In this document: piece after piece, positions 38,471 through 49,213 of the stretch
Layout: the number at the start of each line of letters is the position of its first letter
How positions within the stretch are numbered: position 1 is the first letter of the stretch
Source of the DNA: Heptranchias perlo
Taxonomy: Eukaryota
NCBI RefSeq assembly: GCF_035084215.1
Contig: NC_090353.1
Coordinates: 10,168,001-10,232,000 of the forward strand
Direction of reading: 5' to 3'
Length of the DNA: 64,000 nt
The notes under the pieces: generated by a model
The model's input: the letters and a program-made list of their open reading frames with translations, nothing else
Database searches by the model: none
What the model was told of the DNA's origin: nothing
Made by a program: the position numbers and the translations under genes

Positions 38471-40434
38471 CTGCAATAGGAACCAGAGAAAACATGTTTG
38501 TGTAAAGTTATAGAAAAGCTCATCATCATTTCAGAGTTTAATAGAAGCAGTTGTGAAAGGTTGCAGCTTCCTATAGTGGGCCCCTGAAGTTTACAGTGAG
38601 TGACAGGGCATTGCCCCTTTACGATTGTCCAGGCTTAGTCAAAACAGAAAGGACAGGAATTATGATCTAAAGTTATTGTTTCCGGACCCTCCTGGTGACC
38701 CGATGGATTAGATCATCACTCGCTGTGGAACTTCACCTCCAGCTCCCAGGTTCCATCCCTGGTCTGTGCCCAGTTAGCTGATCTGGGGTGAGTGCACCAG
38801 GGACAATTGGCCTCAGTATCCTGGGTTAGGGAGAGAAGTGATCCAAGATTCTGACCACAAACCAGTGACCTCGGGCAGGATTTGGCTCAAATCCGATCTC
38901 CGAATGTTCTGTAAACTTGTCCCCAAAACAAGCCGTACCCCTGAACCAGGTGTGATTGATGCCAGTACTGACTCGCAGCCGATAATCTAACCCAAGTACT
39001 GACAGGCTATTTGACCATGGAAGCATCATAGCTGGGCTTGACCCTGTACGGTTCAGTGACACAATGTCTTGGATTTTCAACTTAACCACCCGCAACATTT
39101 TCATTTCTAATGATTTCAAGCTGGAAATTTTCCCCAATCGGTGATGTGTTTTGGCACTGAGCCATTAAGGGACTTGGGAGAGAGACAGCCAGTATAAAGT
39201 GGCACCATACCAGTGAAATACACCCACCCAGTCCTACCGGCTGCACAATCCTCCTCTTCCCTTTATCCCTTCCCTCACCACCCATCATTAATCCCCCTGC
39301 TGTGCCACCCATTGCTGTGGGAAGGATAAAAAGATCTCAAACTCTCCATTGCCCCAGTGGCTCAGGGGTTGAGAGCACCTGGTGTGTGGTCCTGAGCTCA
39401 ATAGACCAGTAAACGACAGGTCGGTCAATGCTGATGCTACAATTGGCACATTACCCATCGGTTGGGAGAGGGGGATGAAAAGCTAACATCTCCCTTTCCT
39501 GGTGGATACCCAGTGAGACTTCTCCCTGGAAAGGCACTCACCTCACATCCACAACTGAGTGCCTTTCTCCCTGGAAAGGCACTCAGTTGTGGATGTGAGG
39601 TGAGGACAGGACAAGGCCATTGACAGGTGAATGACCCGCCGACACTCGCTGTCCCGGCTACTCCATGAGGAGTGGTCAATTGGGGCAAGGTGGTGGAGGC
39701 TCACAACTCGCATGGACACAAGCCTGAGGGAACGGCGAGAAAGATTCTCAATAACCAAGTGTACGCGGTTGATGTGGGGCTGCTGGCAACATACACGATG
39801 CAGCACCGCTAACCCACCGCACAGGCTCGGTGTCGACATGGCAACCAGCAGCGGTTTACAGTCAGCCAGTGGTCTGGGGCCTGGTCCGGGTGTTAGCGGG
39901 CGATGCCAAACATCAGCACAAACCATCAAGCCTTTTCACCACAGTGCCGTCCTACCAGAGTCCGGCTACAAAGAGATTCTGGTCCCCGCACACCATAGGG
40001 GTGGATTCTCACCAGAACCGGAGCTGCCGCCACAGAATGAGCAGCAACCAGAATCATATAGCAGCAGGACTCAGAAAGGAGCAGTGATGAGAGGAATGGA
40101 TGGCAAAGAAGTGAAGAGGGAAGGGAGCAGAGGCTGAGAGTGGTGCTTTTAGCATGGGGGTGAATCGGAACGAGTGTTCCAGCATGAACTGGGGGGATTT
40201 GAAGAGGTGACAGTGTTTGAGAGGATGGAACATTGGATGGGGTACAGTGTCTGCATGAAAGGTGGGGAGTTGGATGGGGTACAGTGCCTCTGAAGTGACT
40301 CCGAAGGAGGTGGGTAGCTAGCGAGGGCCTCTCAACTGGGGCAGGGAGGGAAGGTTTATCGTGGGAGAGTAACAGGTTTGTTTTTTCTTTTTTTAAAAAA
40401 AAACTATCAACTGCAAAATGTAAAATGTTTAAAA

Positions 40435-40590
40435 TTCCTGGAATTCCCTTCCTAACAGCACTGTGGGAGAACCTTCACCACACGGACTGCAGCGGTTCAA
40501 GAAGATGGCTCACCACCACCTTCTCAAGGGCAATTAGGGATGGCAACAAATGCCGGCCTCGCCAGCGACACCCACATCCCATGAGCGAAT
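40435..40590 (+). mobile_element. LINE family B 3' tail in J-C intron (paralog 59395-59550)
   Basis: cacggactgcagcggttcaagaag...cccacatcccatga. Confidence 0.8.
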
Positions 40591-42286
40591 AACAGAATAC
40601 GACATTTTTAATGTAAAAACAAAATCAAAATTTTCTAGCAAACCCTCAGCCAGAAAGAAACCAATTTTGTGCCTTTAACATTTGGATTTCCCTTCTGTCA
40701 TTCATGTACCCCTGTTCTATCTTGTTCTCATACAGATGGAGCAGTGTTGAGATACCTACAGCTTAAGTTACGAGGCCTGTGCAACTACTTGTATTCACGT
40801 GTCATAGTTTTATAATCAAGGCTCTCCTTGAGTGGTCAGGTTTTTTTTGGAGGCCCAGTGTCAGCTTTTTGGAAACTGTTGGACAGTTTTGTTCATTTCC
40901 GAGGTTGACGTGTATGTCGATGGCTGAGCCAGGATTACACCTCCAGGTCTGGGCTCACACCGGGCTTTAGCAGCTGGTTTGCAACAGATGTGTTTTGGAA
41001 TTGACTGAAATGCATCATTGTCCCTTTAGGACGAGTGGGTGCAGCAGCAATGTCCCGAGACCCTGAGTATAGTCAGTAATTCGACATCAATTGCAGCCAT
41101 TTCAATTACAGAAATGCAGCACAGATGTGAAATGTTTTGTTTGAGGATCAGGGTGGAATCGGTGCAGACAAATGTGGATCAGTGGTGTACGTGGAACGAT
41201 TCAAATCAAATGTAGGGGATGGGTAAGGATGACTGAATAAATGAAAACTCAGGGACATCCATGGTATTAAACAGATCGCGAACTACCGATCCTGAGCAAT
41301 CTAATCGGGAATGAGAAATATATGGAATCTGGAACTATGTCCAGGCAGAGTGCAGAGGACGGAAGGTTCTGGCACCGCGGGTTCCATGGTTTGGGGAGGG
41401 GGCGGAGGGGGGGGGCGGTGTGGTGGGGGGGAATGTGGAGTAATGGCCCCCTGGTTCGACCTCCTCCCTTGGTCTGGCGCCTGTCAGCTGATGTCAATCA
41501 GGGACGTCGTAGGGGTCAACGGAATTGGCCTCAGTGCCCTCAGTCTGAGGAAGGGTGGTGGTGAGGGGGGAATATCCAAGGCTCCCTCCCCTCTCCCCTC
41601 TCCCCTCCCCCGCTTCAACTCGCCCGAGGACTTCCCGTGTGAAGAAACTTCTTGGCCTTTTAATGGAAGATCAGCAGGTTCTGACTGTCCCAGTTGTGTC
41701 TGTCATCACCCCCTGTGCTCGCTGACCTACACTGGCTCCCAGTCCCCCAACGCATCTACTTTAAAATTCTCATTATGTTCAAATCCCTCCATGGCCTGTT
41801 CAATGTAAAACACTTTAGGACATGAGAAGGTGTTACATCAAGGCAATTTCTCTCTTTATAATTTTTAAATTTATATCTTTAATTCATCCGAATGGTGAAA
41901 AACATTCCCACCATTGTTAAATGAATCAGCTCAACTTGGGGGAGGGGGAAACACAATTTAACCCTTTTAAAAACAAACTAGCAATCCATGTTCAGAGAGA
42001 ATTTTGGGAATAAAATTATTGCAATTCAATCAGAATTGTAAAATTACAGATCATTAATAAATAGAGAGAAAGAGGGCACTCAGAAACAGACCTAGAAACA
42101 CAACACTAATTAACAATTAGTGTCAGAAACACAGCAATAATTAACAGAACTAGTGTCATGATTGTACTGGAATCAGTATTTTCACTCTAAAATTAGTGTC
42201 TAACAAGTGGGTACTAAGAATTAACTGAGTTTAAATTATTAATTAATTTCTAAATGTGCAATTTCACACAGCTAGTAGCTGCAGGA

Positions 42287-42296
42287 GGGAATTCCC
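42287..42296. promoter_or_regulatory. Candidate NF-kappaB site in J-C intron (cluster A)
   Basis: Perfect palindrome GGGAATTCCC matching GGGRNWYYCC, 4 nt beyond the J donor hexamer. Confidence 0.5.
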
Positions 42297-42306
42297 AGTC
42301 ACTTAC

Positions 42307-42343
42307 CTGCAACAAAGAGCTTGGTCCCTTTGCCGAACACCCA
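42307..42343 (-). CDS. IgL: Ig light chain sigma cluster A, J segment (WVFGKGTKLFVA)
   Basis: FGxGTKL motif between heptamer and GTAAGT donor (42306-42301); phase 1 matches the C exon. Confidence 0.95.
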
Positions 42344-42382
42344 CACAGTGCGATGTTCTTGGGATCAGTCCATACAGTTATC
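42344..42382 (+). promoter_or_regulatory. 23-bp-spacer recombination signal sequence of J (cluster A)
   Basis: CACAGTG (42344-42350) + 23 nt + ACAGTTATC (42374-42382; 5/9 match to ACAAAAACC), abutting J. Confidence 0.85.
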
Positions 42383-42696
42383 CAGGACCCTGGAAATCAG
42401 GAAAAAACACGTTCAGATGCTCCAGTCCCAACATAAAGTCTGATTAATGTATTCCGAGTGTCCCAGCTGGTGTGGGGCAGTAAGGAATGGACACACAGCA
42501 ACATTCACAGACTGACATTAAATGTCAGCAACACACAATAGTGGGCAGTGAGATTCAGAATATTATCAATTATGAAATGATATAAATTGGAAAATATTGT
42601 ATAAAGGACAAAATTTGAAGTGACTTTATCAAATGTAAAACATGAGAATGTTTTATCAGATACAAAGATATTAAGTGTATGATATTTGCTGCTCCC

Positions 42697-42724
42697 AGTT
42701 TTTGTTTTACCTTCTGTCACTGTG
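42697..42724 (-). promoter_or_regulatory. 12-bp-spacer recombination signal sequence of V (cluster A)
   Basis: CACAGTG + ACAGAAGGTAAA (12 nt) + ACAAAAACT directly after the V coding end. Confidence 0.96.
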
Positions 42725-43051
42725 TCACATAAGTACTGCTTGATGAAACCCACTTTCCACAGTAATAGACGGCAGCGTCAGTCACCTCCACATTATTTAT
42801 GATTAACTGGTAAATGTTGTGGCCGCTGTTGGCTTTCGATGTGAAATGGCTGCTGCTAAACCCAGAACCATAGGTTGGGGCACTGAGAGAGTGATAGTAA
42901 TAGAGGATCCACTGAGGAGCTTCTCCTGGTGTCTGCTTGTACCAGTACACATATTGGCTATCGACCGTCCCAATGTTGCAGTCCAGTGTGGCCGTGGCTC
43001 CAGGTTTCACAGTCAGGTCTGGAGGCTGAGTCAGAGTCTGAGACTGTCCAT
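42725..43051 (-). CDS. IgL: Ig light chain sigma cluster A, V exon (germline, unrearranged)
   Basis: Acceptor ctcttttacag; V-set domain QTLTQPP...LDC...WYKQTPGEAPQWIL...DAAVYYC; long CDR2 YYYHSLSAPTYGSGFSS typical of the sigma isotype; ends at the heptamer. Confidence 0.95.
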
Positions 43052-43156
43052 CTGTAAAAGAGCAGGGATTAAACATTACACATTGACTCTTTAAAAGTGA
43101 TCCCAAGCTCCCCATCCGATGCTGCAGGAAGAGCAGAGTTCAGTGTCTGTACTTAC

Positions 43157-43205
43157 AGCCCAGCCACAGTGCCAGAGACCAGAAAAAGCACAGCGTCCGC
43201 ATCAT
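43157..43205 (-). CDS. IgL: Ig light chain sigma cluster A, leader exon (MMRTLCFFWSLALWLG + phase-1 base)
   Basis: ATG at 43205; 49 nt hydrophobic signal peptide; GTAAGT donor at 43156-43151; 105-nt intron to the V exon in matching phase 1. Confidence 0.92.
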
Positions 43206-43283
43206 TTCTGCCAGTGAGCTTCCTGCCGCCCTTCACCGAGTGTATCTGAGACAGACTGTGGCAGCAGCTGCCCATTGAACCCA

Positions 43284-43324
43284 GTTATAGACCCATTCAC
43301 ATCAGGAAGGAAATCCATGCAAAT
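43284..43324 (-). promoter_or_regulatory. V promoter of cluster A (octamer + TATA-like)
   Basis: ATTTGCAT on the transcribed strand (43324-43317, light-chain orientation) ~110 bp upstream of ATG; TATAAC at 43289-43284. Confidence 0.85.
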
Positions 43325-43591
43325 TAGAGCCATTCACACTGACCAACCAGGGCAAATGATCTGAAACCCTCCCTGTCAGGGTCAGAGACTGTCAGTTTGA
43401 GGCAGTGACACCTCAGGACTGTCAGCAACTGACTTCCATCTTAAACAGTCCCTGCAGTAAATGAGGAGATAATTTATTGTCTGATATTGCCCAGTTTATC
43501 CCTTTATTTGCCTGCTTCCTCTGCTGCTGGACTCCATCCCTTATTCCAGAGATGGAGTTTAAATTGCAGGTCACACTTCTAATAATAAAAA

Positions 43592-44005
43592 CAGGGTATG
43601 ACAGTGCAGTGGTTATGTTCCTTGGACTAGTAATCCAGTAGAACGTGAGTTCAAAACCACCGTGACAGATTGAGAATTTGAGGTCAGTTTTTTTTTAAAT
43701 GTGGGAATTAAAAGCTGGTATCAGTAAAAGTGACCATGAAGCTGTCGGATTGTCATAAAAACCCAACTGGTTCACTGATGGCCTTTAGGGAAGGAAAGCT
43801 GCCTTCCTTACCCAGTCTGGCCTATAAGTGACTCCTGTCCCACATCACTCTTAACTGCCCTCTGAAGTATCCGAGCAATCAACTCAGTTGTATCAAACTG
43901 CCACCAGAAGGCGTCTCACCACCACCTTCTCAGGGCAAGGAGGGATGGGCAACAAATGCCGGCCTCACCGGTGACGCCTGCATCCCGAGAATGAATAAAG
44001 AAAAA
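43592..44005 (+). mobile_element. tRNA-derived SINE with LINE-B-derived 3' tail (paralog 62552-62965)
   Basis: A-box-like gcagtggttatg, B-box-like gagttcaaaacc; 3' end ctcaccaccaccttctcagggca...catcccgagaatgaataaa matches the LINE B tail. Confidence 0.8.
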
Positions 44006-45109
44006 GAACTCTCTGCTGTACCAGAGTCTGGTGCAATGCTCTTCGATAGAGGCTCATTCAGGGTCAGAGACTGTCAGTTTGAGGCACTGACACCTCAGTA
44101 CTGTTAGTAACTAACTTACATCTTAAACAGCCCCTGCTACCCAGCAGTAAACGAGAAGATAGTTCATTGTTTGCTATTTCCCAGTTTCCCCCTTTATGTT
44201 TGCCAGCTTTTTCTGTCCAGAAATGGAGTTTAAACAACAAGTCACTCCTCCAATAACTGGAACTCTCTGCTATACCACAGTCTGGTGCAATACTCTGAGC
44301 TTGTGGATCTCTCATTAATACAGACACCTTATAAAACTGGAAGATTGTGACAGTTTTCTACACAACACACTGATACAGTGCACGTTGCTGGTAGCTCCCT
44401 ATCAGAGAAACTATTTGAAACATTCTCGATACAGCAAGCTCCTCACCGTAGGACACTTACTGTGTGACTCCGACACAGAGTCCTGACTCAGTGTGTTGGT
44501 GAACCCCTTCAGTTGGTATTTCGATAATCTTGCTGTGCATGTGCTGCTACTGTTTCAATAGTTTGTGAACACGCTTCATGGGATAGGGGCAGAAGTTATA
44601 ACCAGTTACCAATGTCCTAACTTGCTGGCCACCTAACTATCATATTCGAACTTGCTATCAATCAGCAGCTGACTATTTAAACTATTAACTATATTCTACC
44701 TATTAAATACAATCTATTACCTGAATATCTGCTATTTTCATAGAATCAGGATATTGAGAGCCAATTGCACCTCATTTAAATATCAGCAGTGATTGGGTGA
44801 AGTTGGACTGCACTGATTCGGTGGCTTCAGCAAATCAGCTTTCAGTATTTCAATGAGATTTGGTGCAGCCCAAACCAGCCGCCCCTCGTGGGCGTAAAAC
44901 TGACAAACACCTGGGGTCCCAGCAGGAACTGGGCACCGTTATTTTAAGGAGAGGGACTGTCCAGAACAGAGTGAAACCTCTCGATCTGTGTTTTATAACA
45001 ACATTACACAAATATTTTGGTTTCCGTTCCTTCAGACATGTTCCTTTAAGTAACTGTCTGACACCTCACTGTTTAAAGGGACACTGACTCCAGTTCTGTG
45101 GGGAGTCAC

Positions 45110-45277
45110 GGGGGTCAATTTAACTTTGGGCGATGATGTAAAACGGACGATATCGAGTTAGTCGCCATTACACAACCTGCCTGAGGTTCCATTCCATTGA
45201 AGTCATAGGAAGGGGAAATCGGGCGAGGTGCATAAAGGGCATTCAATTCGATTTTGCCCAAAGTTAAAATGATCTCC
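45110..45277. mobile_element. MITE-like element with imperfect ~24-bp TIRs
   Basis: ggggtcaatttaactttgggcga ... ttgcccaaagttaaaatgatctcc. Confidence 0.6.
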
Positions 45278-46004
45278 TATGTGATTTTATTCTTTGGTCC
45301 AATTTTCTCTCCCTCTCTGGAAGCTGTGATTCATGCTGGTGGGGCTGTCAGCATCAATCACTCACCCTGCCCTAGTGACCATTCTTCATGTGGGAACCTA
45401 GACCGTAAGTGGAGACAGACAATTGTATCGTAGACAAACAACTGACCCAATCCTGTCCTCATCTCACACCCAGTAATCAGGGTGACTGATGGTGACCAGG
45501 AGAGTGGGAAACCTGGCTGATTTTTGACTTGTAGCCCAGGAGCACTGATGGTAAGTGTAAATCTCATTGCATTGCCCAGGGAAAATCAGCTATCTAATCC
45601 CGGAGTAGGAACCAGCCCTTGGACCTGCCCAGTCTATAAGTCCCAATTCATTGTATTGTGCATAGACTCCGCCATTAGACTCCTTCCATCGTGGGTGTGC
45701 AAATAACTGGTATCTGAGGTCAATGTCATCCCTCCACATTGTGACACCTCTGGTGCCCACATCAGCTCTCATTGCAGAATCTATGCAGTTTTATGCTGTA
45801 GGTTCACACCCTCTCGGAGATGATTATCAATCAACTGTTGACTCTTTACTTTATTTTCTTCATCCAGCAAGAGGCAACTTGTCCTAAAACACTAAGGTGC
45901 CAGGCAGGCCTACGGACAGCCCAATTTGAAATTGGAGGCCTTTGGAGGACAGGGAACTAATGTAGGTCAGCAGGAGCAGGGACGATTGGTGAATGAGACC
46001 TGGT

Positions 46005-46625
46005 CCGAGAGCGGGAGGAGAGTCCAAGAGGTGAGCGCAGTATAAAAGGAGAGTCTGAGAGCGAGAGGAGAGTCCGAGAGGTGAGCGCAGTATAAAAGGA
46101 GAGTCTGAGAGTGAGAGGAGAGTCCGAGAGGTGAGCGCAGTATAAAAGGAGAGTCTGAGAGTGAGAGGAGAGTCCGAGAGGTGAGCGCAGTGTAAAAGGA
46201 GAGTCTGAGAGGTGAGCGCAGTGTAAAAGGAGAGTCCAAGAGCTGAGCGCAGTGTAAAAGGAGAGTCCGAGAGCGGGAGGAGAGTCCAAGAGGTGAGCGC
46301 AGTATAAAAGGAGAGTCTGAGAGTGGGAGGAGAGTCTGAGAGGTGAGCACAGTGTAAAAGGAGAGACTGAGAGTGGGAGGAGAGTCCGAGAGGTGAGCAC
46401 AGTGTAAAAGGAGAGTCCGAGAGCGGGAGGAGAGTCCGAGAGCGGGAGGAGAGTCCGAGAGGTGAGCACAGTGTAAAAGGAGAGACGGAGAGCGGGAGGA
46501 GAGTCCGAGAGGTGAGCACAGTGTAAAAGGAGAGTCCGAGAGCGGGAGGAGAGTCCGAGAGGTGAGCGCAGTGCAAAAGTAGAAACCGAGAGCGGGAGGA
46601 GAGTCCGAGAGGTGAGCGCAGTGTA
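46005..46625. repeat. Purine-rich minisatellite, ~50-bp compound unit
   Basis: gtgagcgcagtataaaaggagagtctgagagcgagaggagagtccgagag repeated with variants. Confidence 0.95.
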
Positions 46626-47604
46626 AATCTAAGGCAATCATGGCAGCAGAGCTCGCACCCGTGATATGCTCTTCCTGCACTATGTGGGAAATCATGAACA
46701 CTACAGGTGTCCCTGGCGACCATGTGTGCAGCTACTGGCTAACCGCATTTCGGAGCTGGAGCTGTGGGAGAATTCACTGTGGAGCATCCGCGATGCTGAG
46801 ATTATCGTGGATAGCACGTTCAGTGAGGTGGTCACACCGCAGGTAAAGATTACGCAGGCAGAAAGGAAATGGGTGACCGCCGGGCAGAGTAAAAGGACAA
46901 GGCAGGTAGAGCAGGAGTCCCCTGGGGCCATCTCCCTCTCAAACAGATATACCGCTTTGGATACTGTTGGGGGAGATGGCTTATCAGGGGAAAGCAGCAA
47001 GAGCCAAGTTTGTGGCACCATGGGTGGCTCTGCTGCACAGGAGGGGAGGAATAAGAGTTTTAATCTGCTTATCTGAGGAAGGATGTCCTTGCCATGGAGG
47101 GAGTGCAACGAAGGTTTACCAGACTGATTCCTGGGATGGCAGGACTGACGTATGAGGAGAGATGGGTTGACTAGACCTATATTCACGAGATTTTAGAAGA
47201 ATGAGAGGTGATCTCATCAAAACATATAAATTTCTAACAGGACTAGACAGACTAGATGCAGGGAGGATGTTCCTGATGGCTGGGGAGTCCAGAACCGGGA
47301 GTCACAGTCTAAGGATATGGGGTATGCCATTTAGAACCGAGATAAAGAGAATTTCTTCACTCAGAGGGTGGTGAACCTGTGGAATTCTCTACCACAGAAT
47401 GAAGTGGAGGCCAAGTCATAAGATGTATTCAAGAAGGAGATAGATATATTTCTTAATGCTAAAGGGATCAAGGGATATGGGGAAAAAGCGGGAACAGGGT
47501 ACTGAGTTAGACGATCAGCCACGATCATTTTGAATGGTGGAGCAGGCCCGAAGGGCCGAATGGCCTACTCTTGCTTCTATTTTCTATGTTTCCATGTTTC
47601 TTTG
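46005..47604 (+). mobile_element. Internally deleted CR1 retaining 5' repeat array, ORF1 start and ORF2/3' end
   Basis: ORF1 start MAAELAPVICSSCTMWE...RISELE...DSTFSEVVTPQ; abrupt jump at ~47060 to the ORF2 end (LRKDVLAMEGVQRRFTRLIPGM); (tttctatg)n tail; absent at the paralogous site ~33510. Confidence 0.88.
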
Positions 47605-47889
47605 ATACAGGGAGCGGTGTTTTGGATGAGCTGAGGTTTATGGAGGGTGGAGGATGGGAGGTCGTCCAGGAGAGCATTGGGATTGTCAAGTCTAACTATC
47701 AAGTTTAGATAGTCAAATAGCCCACTCAAATGGGACAGCGAATCAGAAACGTAAGCACAAATAGGACTGATTTGCCTGGGCTTCTAGTGCTAGAATGCAA
47801 TGGCTCAGGAGCCACATCTGGCCCATGGGATACAGTTTTGACATCCCGAATGTACGTAACAAAAGCCTCGCCTTACATAATCCTTCCTT

Positions 47890-48740
47890 CTCAACAGCAA
47901 CAAAACTTGTGTTTATATCATGCTTTTAAAGTAGTAAAATGTCCCAAGGTGCTTCTCAGGAGTGTAATCAGTCAAACATTTGATACTGAGTCACATAACG
48001 AGATATAAGGACAGCTTGGTCAAAGAGGTAGGTTTTAAGGAGCCTCTTAAAGGAGGAGAGAGAGGTGGAGAGGCTGGGAGGTTTAGGGACAGAATTCCAG
48101 AGCTAAAGGCCTAGGCTGTTGAAAGCACGGCCACAAATGGGGAGCGATTAAAATCGGGGATGTGGAACAGGCCAGAATTGGAGGAGCACAGAGATCTCGG
48201 AGGGTTGGAGGGCCGGAGGAAGTTACAGAAATAGGGAGGGGTGAGGCCATGGAGGTATTTGAAAACCAGGATGAGAATTTGAAGATCGAGATGTTGCCAG
48301 ACCGGGAGCCGATGTAGGTCAGGGAACACAGGGGTGATGGGTGAACGGGACTAGGTGCGAGTTAGGATACGGGCAGCAGAGTTTTGGATGAGCTCAAGTT
48401 TCCGGAGGGTGGTAGATGGGAGGCCGGTGAGGAGAGCATTGGAATAGTCGAGTCTGGAGGTAATAAAGGCATGGCTGAGGATTTCAGCTGCAGATGAGCT
48501 GAGGCGGGGGCGGAGTCGTGCGATGTTACGGAGGTGGAAATCAGCGGTCATGGTGACGGAGAAGATATGGGATCGGAAGCTCAGCACAGGGTCAAATAGG
48601 ACAACAGTCTGGTTCACCCACAGACAGTGACCAAGGAGGGGGATGGTTAGGGAACGAAGTTTGTGGCGAGGACCGAAGACAATAGTTTCGGTCTTCCCAA
48701 TATTTAATTGGAAGAAATTTCTGCTCATCTGGCAGGGGAT
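47890..48740 (-). mobile_element. L2 LINE 3' fragment (paralog of 33935-34790)
   Basis: Same L2 ORF2 motifs and flanks. Confidence 0.9.
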
Positions 48741-49213
48741 ATCGGACAAGCAAACAAATCTCAGAGTTCAGAAATATAATGATGAACCATAAAACCTTGC
48801 AGTTTATCATCTGATGAGCTTTCAGTGGCCTCTACCTGGGACACCTCCAATATTTCATTTCCTGGCGAGAACAAATAACCATTAATTAGTTTATGAATTT
48901 GCCTACTGAACAGCAACTGCACTTCATTGTAGTCCATTTGTTCTAAAGTGCTTCGGGTTTTCCTGAAAAGAAGATAATGTGCACATTATGAATTTGGGTT
49001 TTTTCTGCCTTGTTATAGAAGTGATCCCAGAACAGAACACTGTGAGACACCACTTCCAAATACTCTTAGAAACTGCCCTCAGCTCCTGCACTCTGCTTCC
49101 TCCCTTCTAACCAGTTTTAATCCAATTTATTATCCTCCCCTAATTCCATTAACCCTTAATCTTCTCCAATAGTCTCCTGTGTGATATCTTGTCAAAGGCT
49201 TTCCGAAAGTCCA

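Larger units (their letters stand above)
33341..45821. repeat. Segmental duplication unit A (homologous to 45822->64000)
   Basis: Homology begins at gattatcaatcaactgttgactc (33341 and ~45822) and is collinear through flank, C, J, V and upstream DNA. Confidence 0.9.

Noticed and set aside
39631-40137. 168-aa plus-strand ORF in the J-C intron, also open in cluster B (58554-59060)
   Set aside because: No recognisable domain, starts in a SINE-like repeat, and the second copy is too similar to show selection
42758-42764. Embedded TACTGTG at the V YYC motif as a V-replacement signal
   Set aside because: Expected from Tyr-Cys codons; no supporting nonamer identified
42725-43051. Assignment as T-cell receptor, IgNAR, kappa, lambda or sigma-cart V
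   Set aside because: No D segment, single secreted-type C exon ending in Cys, V-12/J-23 signals and the YHS..PTYGSGFSS CDR2 fit sigma best; a phylogeny would confirm
42717-43115. ORF-track N-termini for V (MGSLGS...) and C (MFSLVPIA..., 38495)
   Set aside because: These are intron read-through; true exon starts are set by AG acceptors at 43051 and 38470
43165-43189. Heptamer plus AGAAAAAGC within the leader exon
   Set aside because: Spacer is only 9 nt and the sequence is explained by leader codons
45884-46723. Leu/Ser-rich ORFs of 170-279 aa
   Set aside because: Antisense translations of the CR1 5' minisatellite
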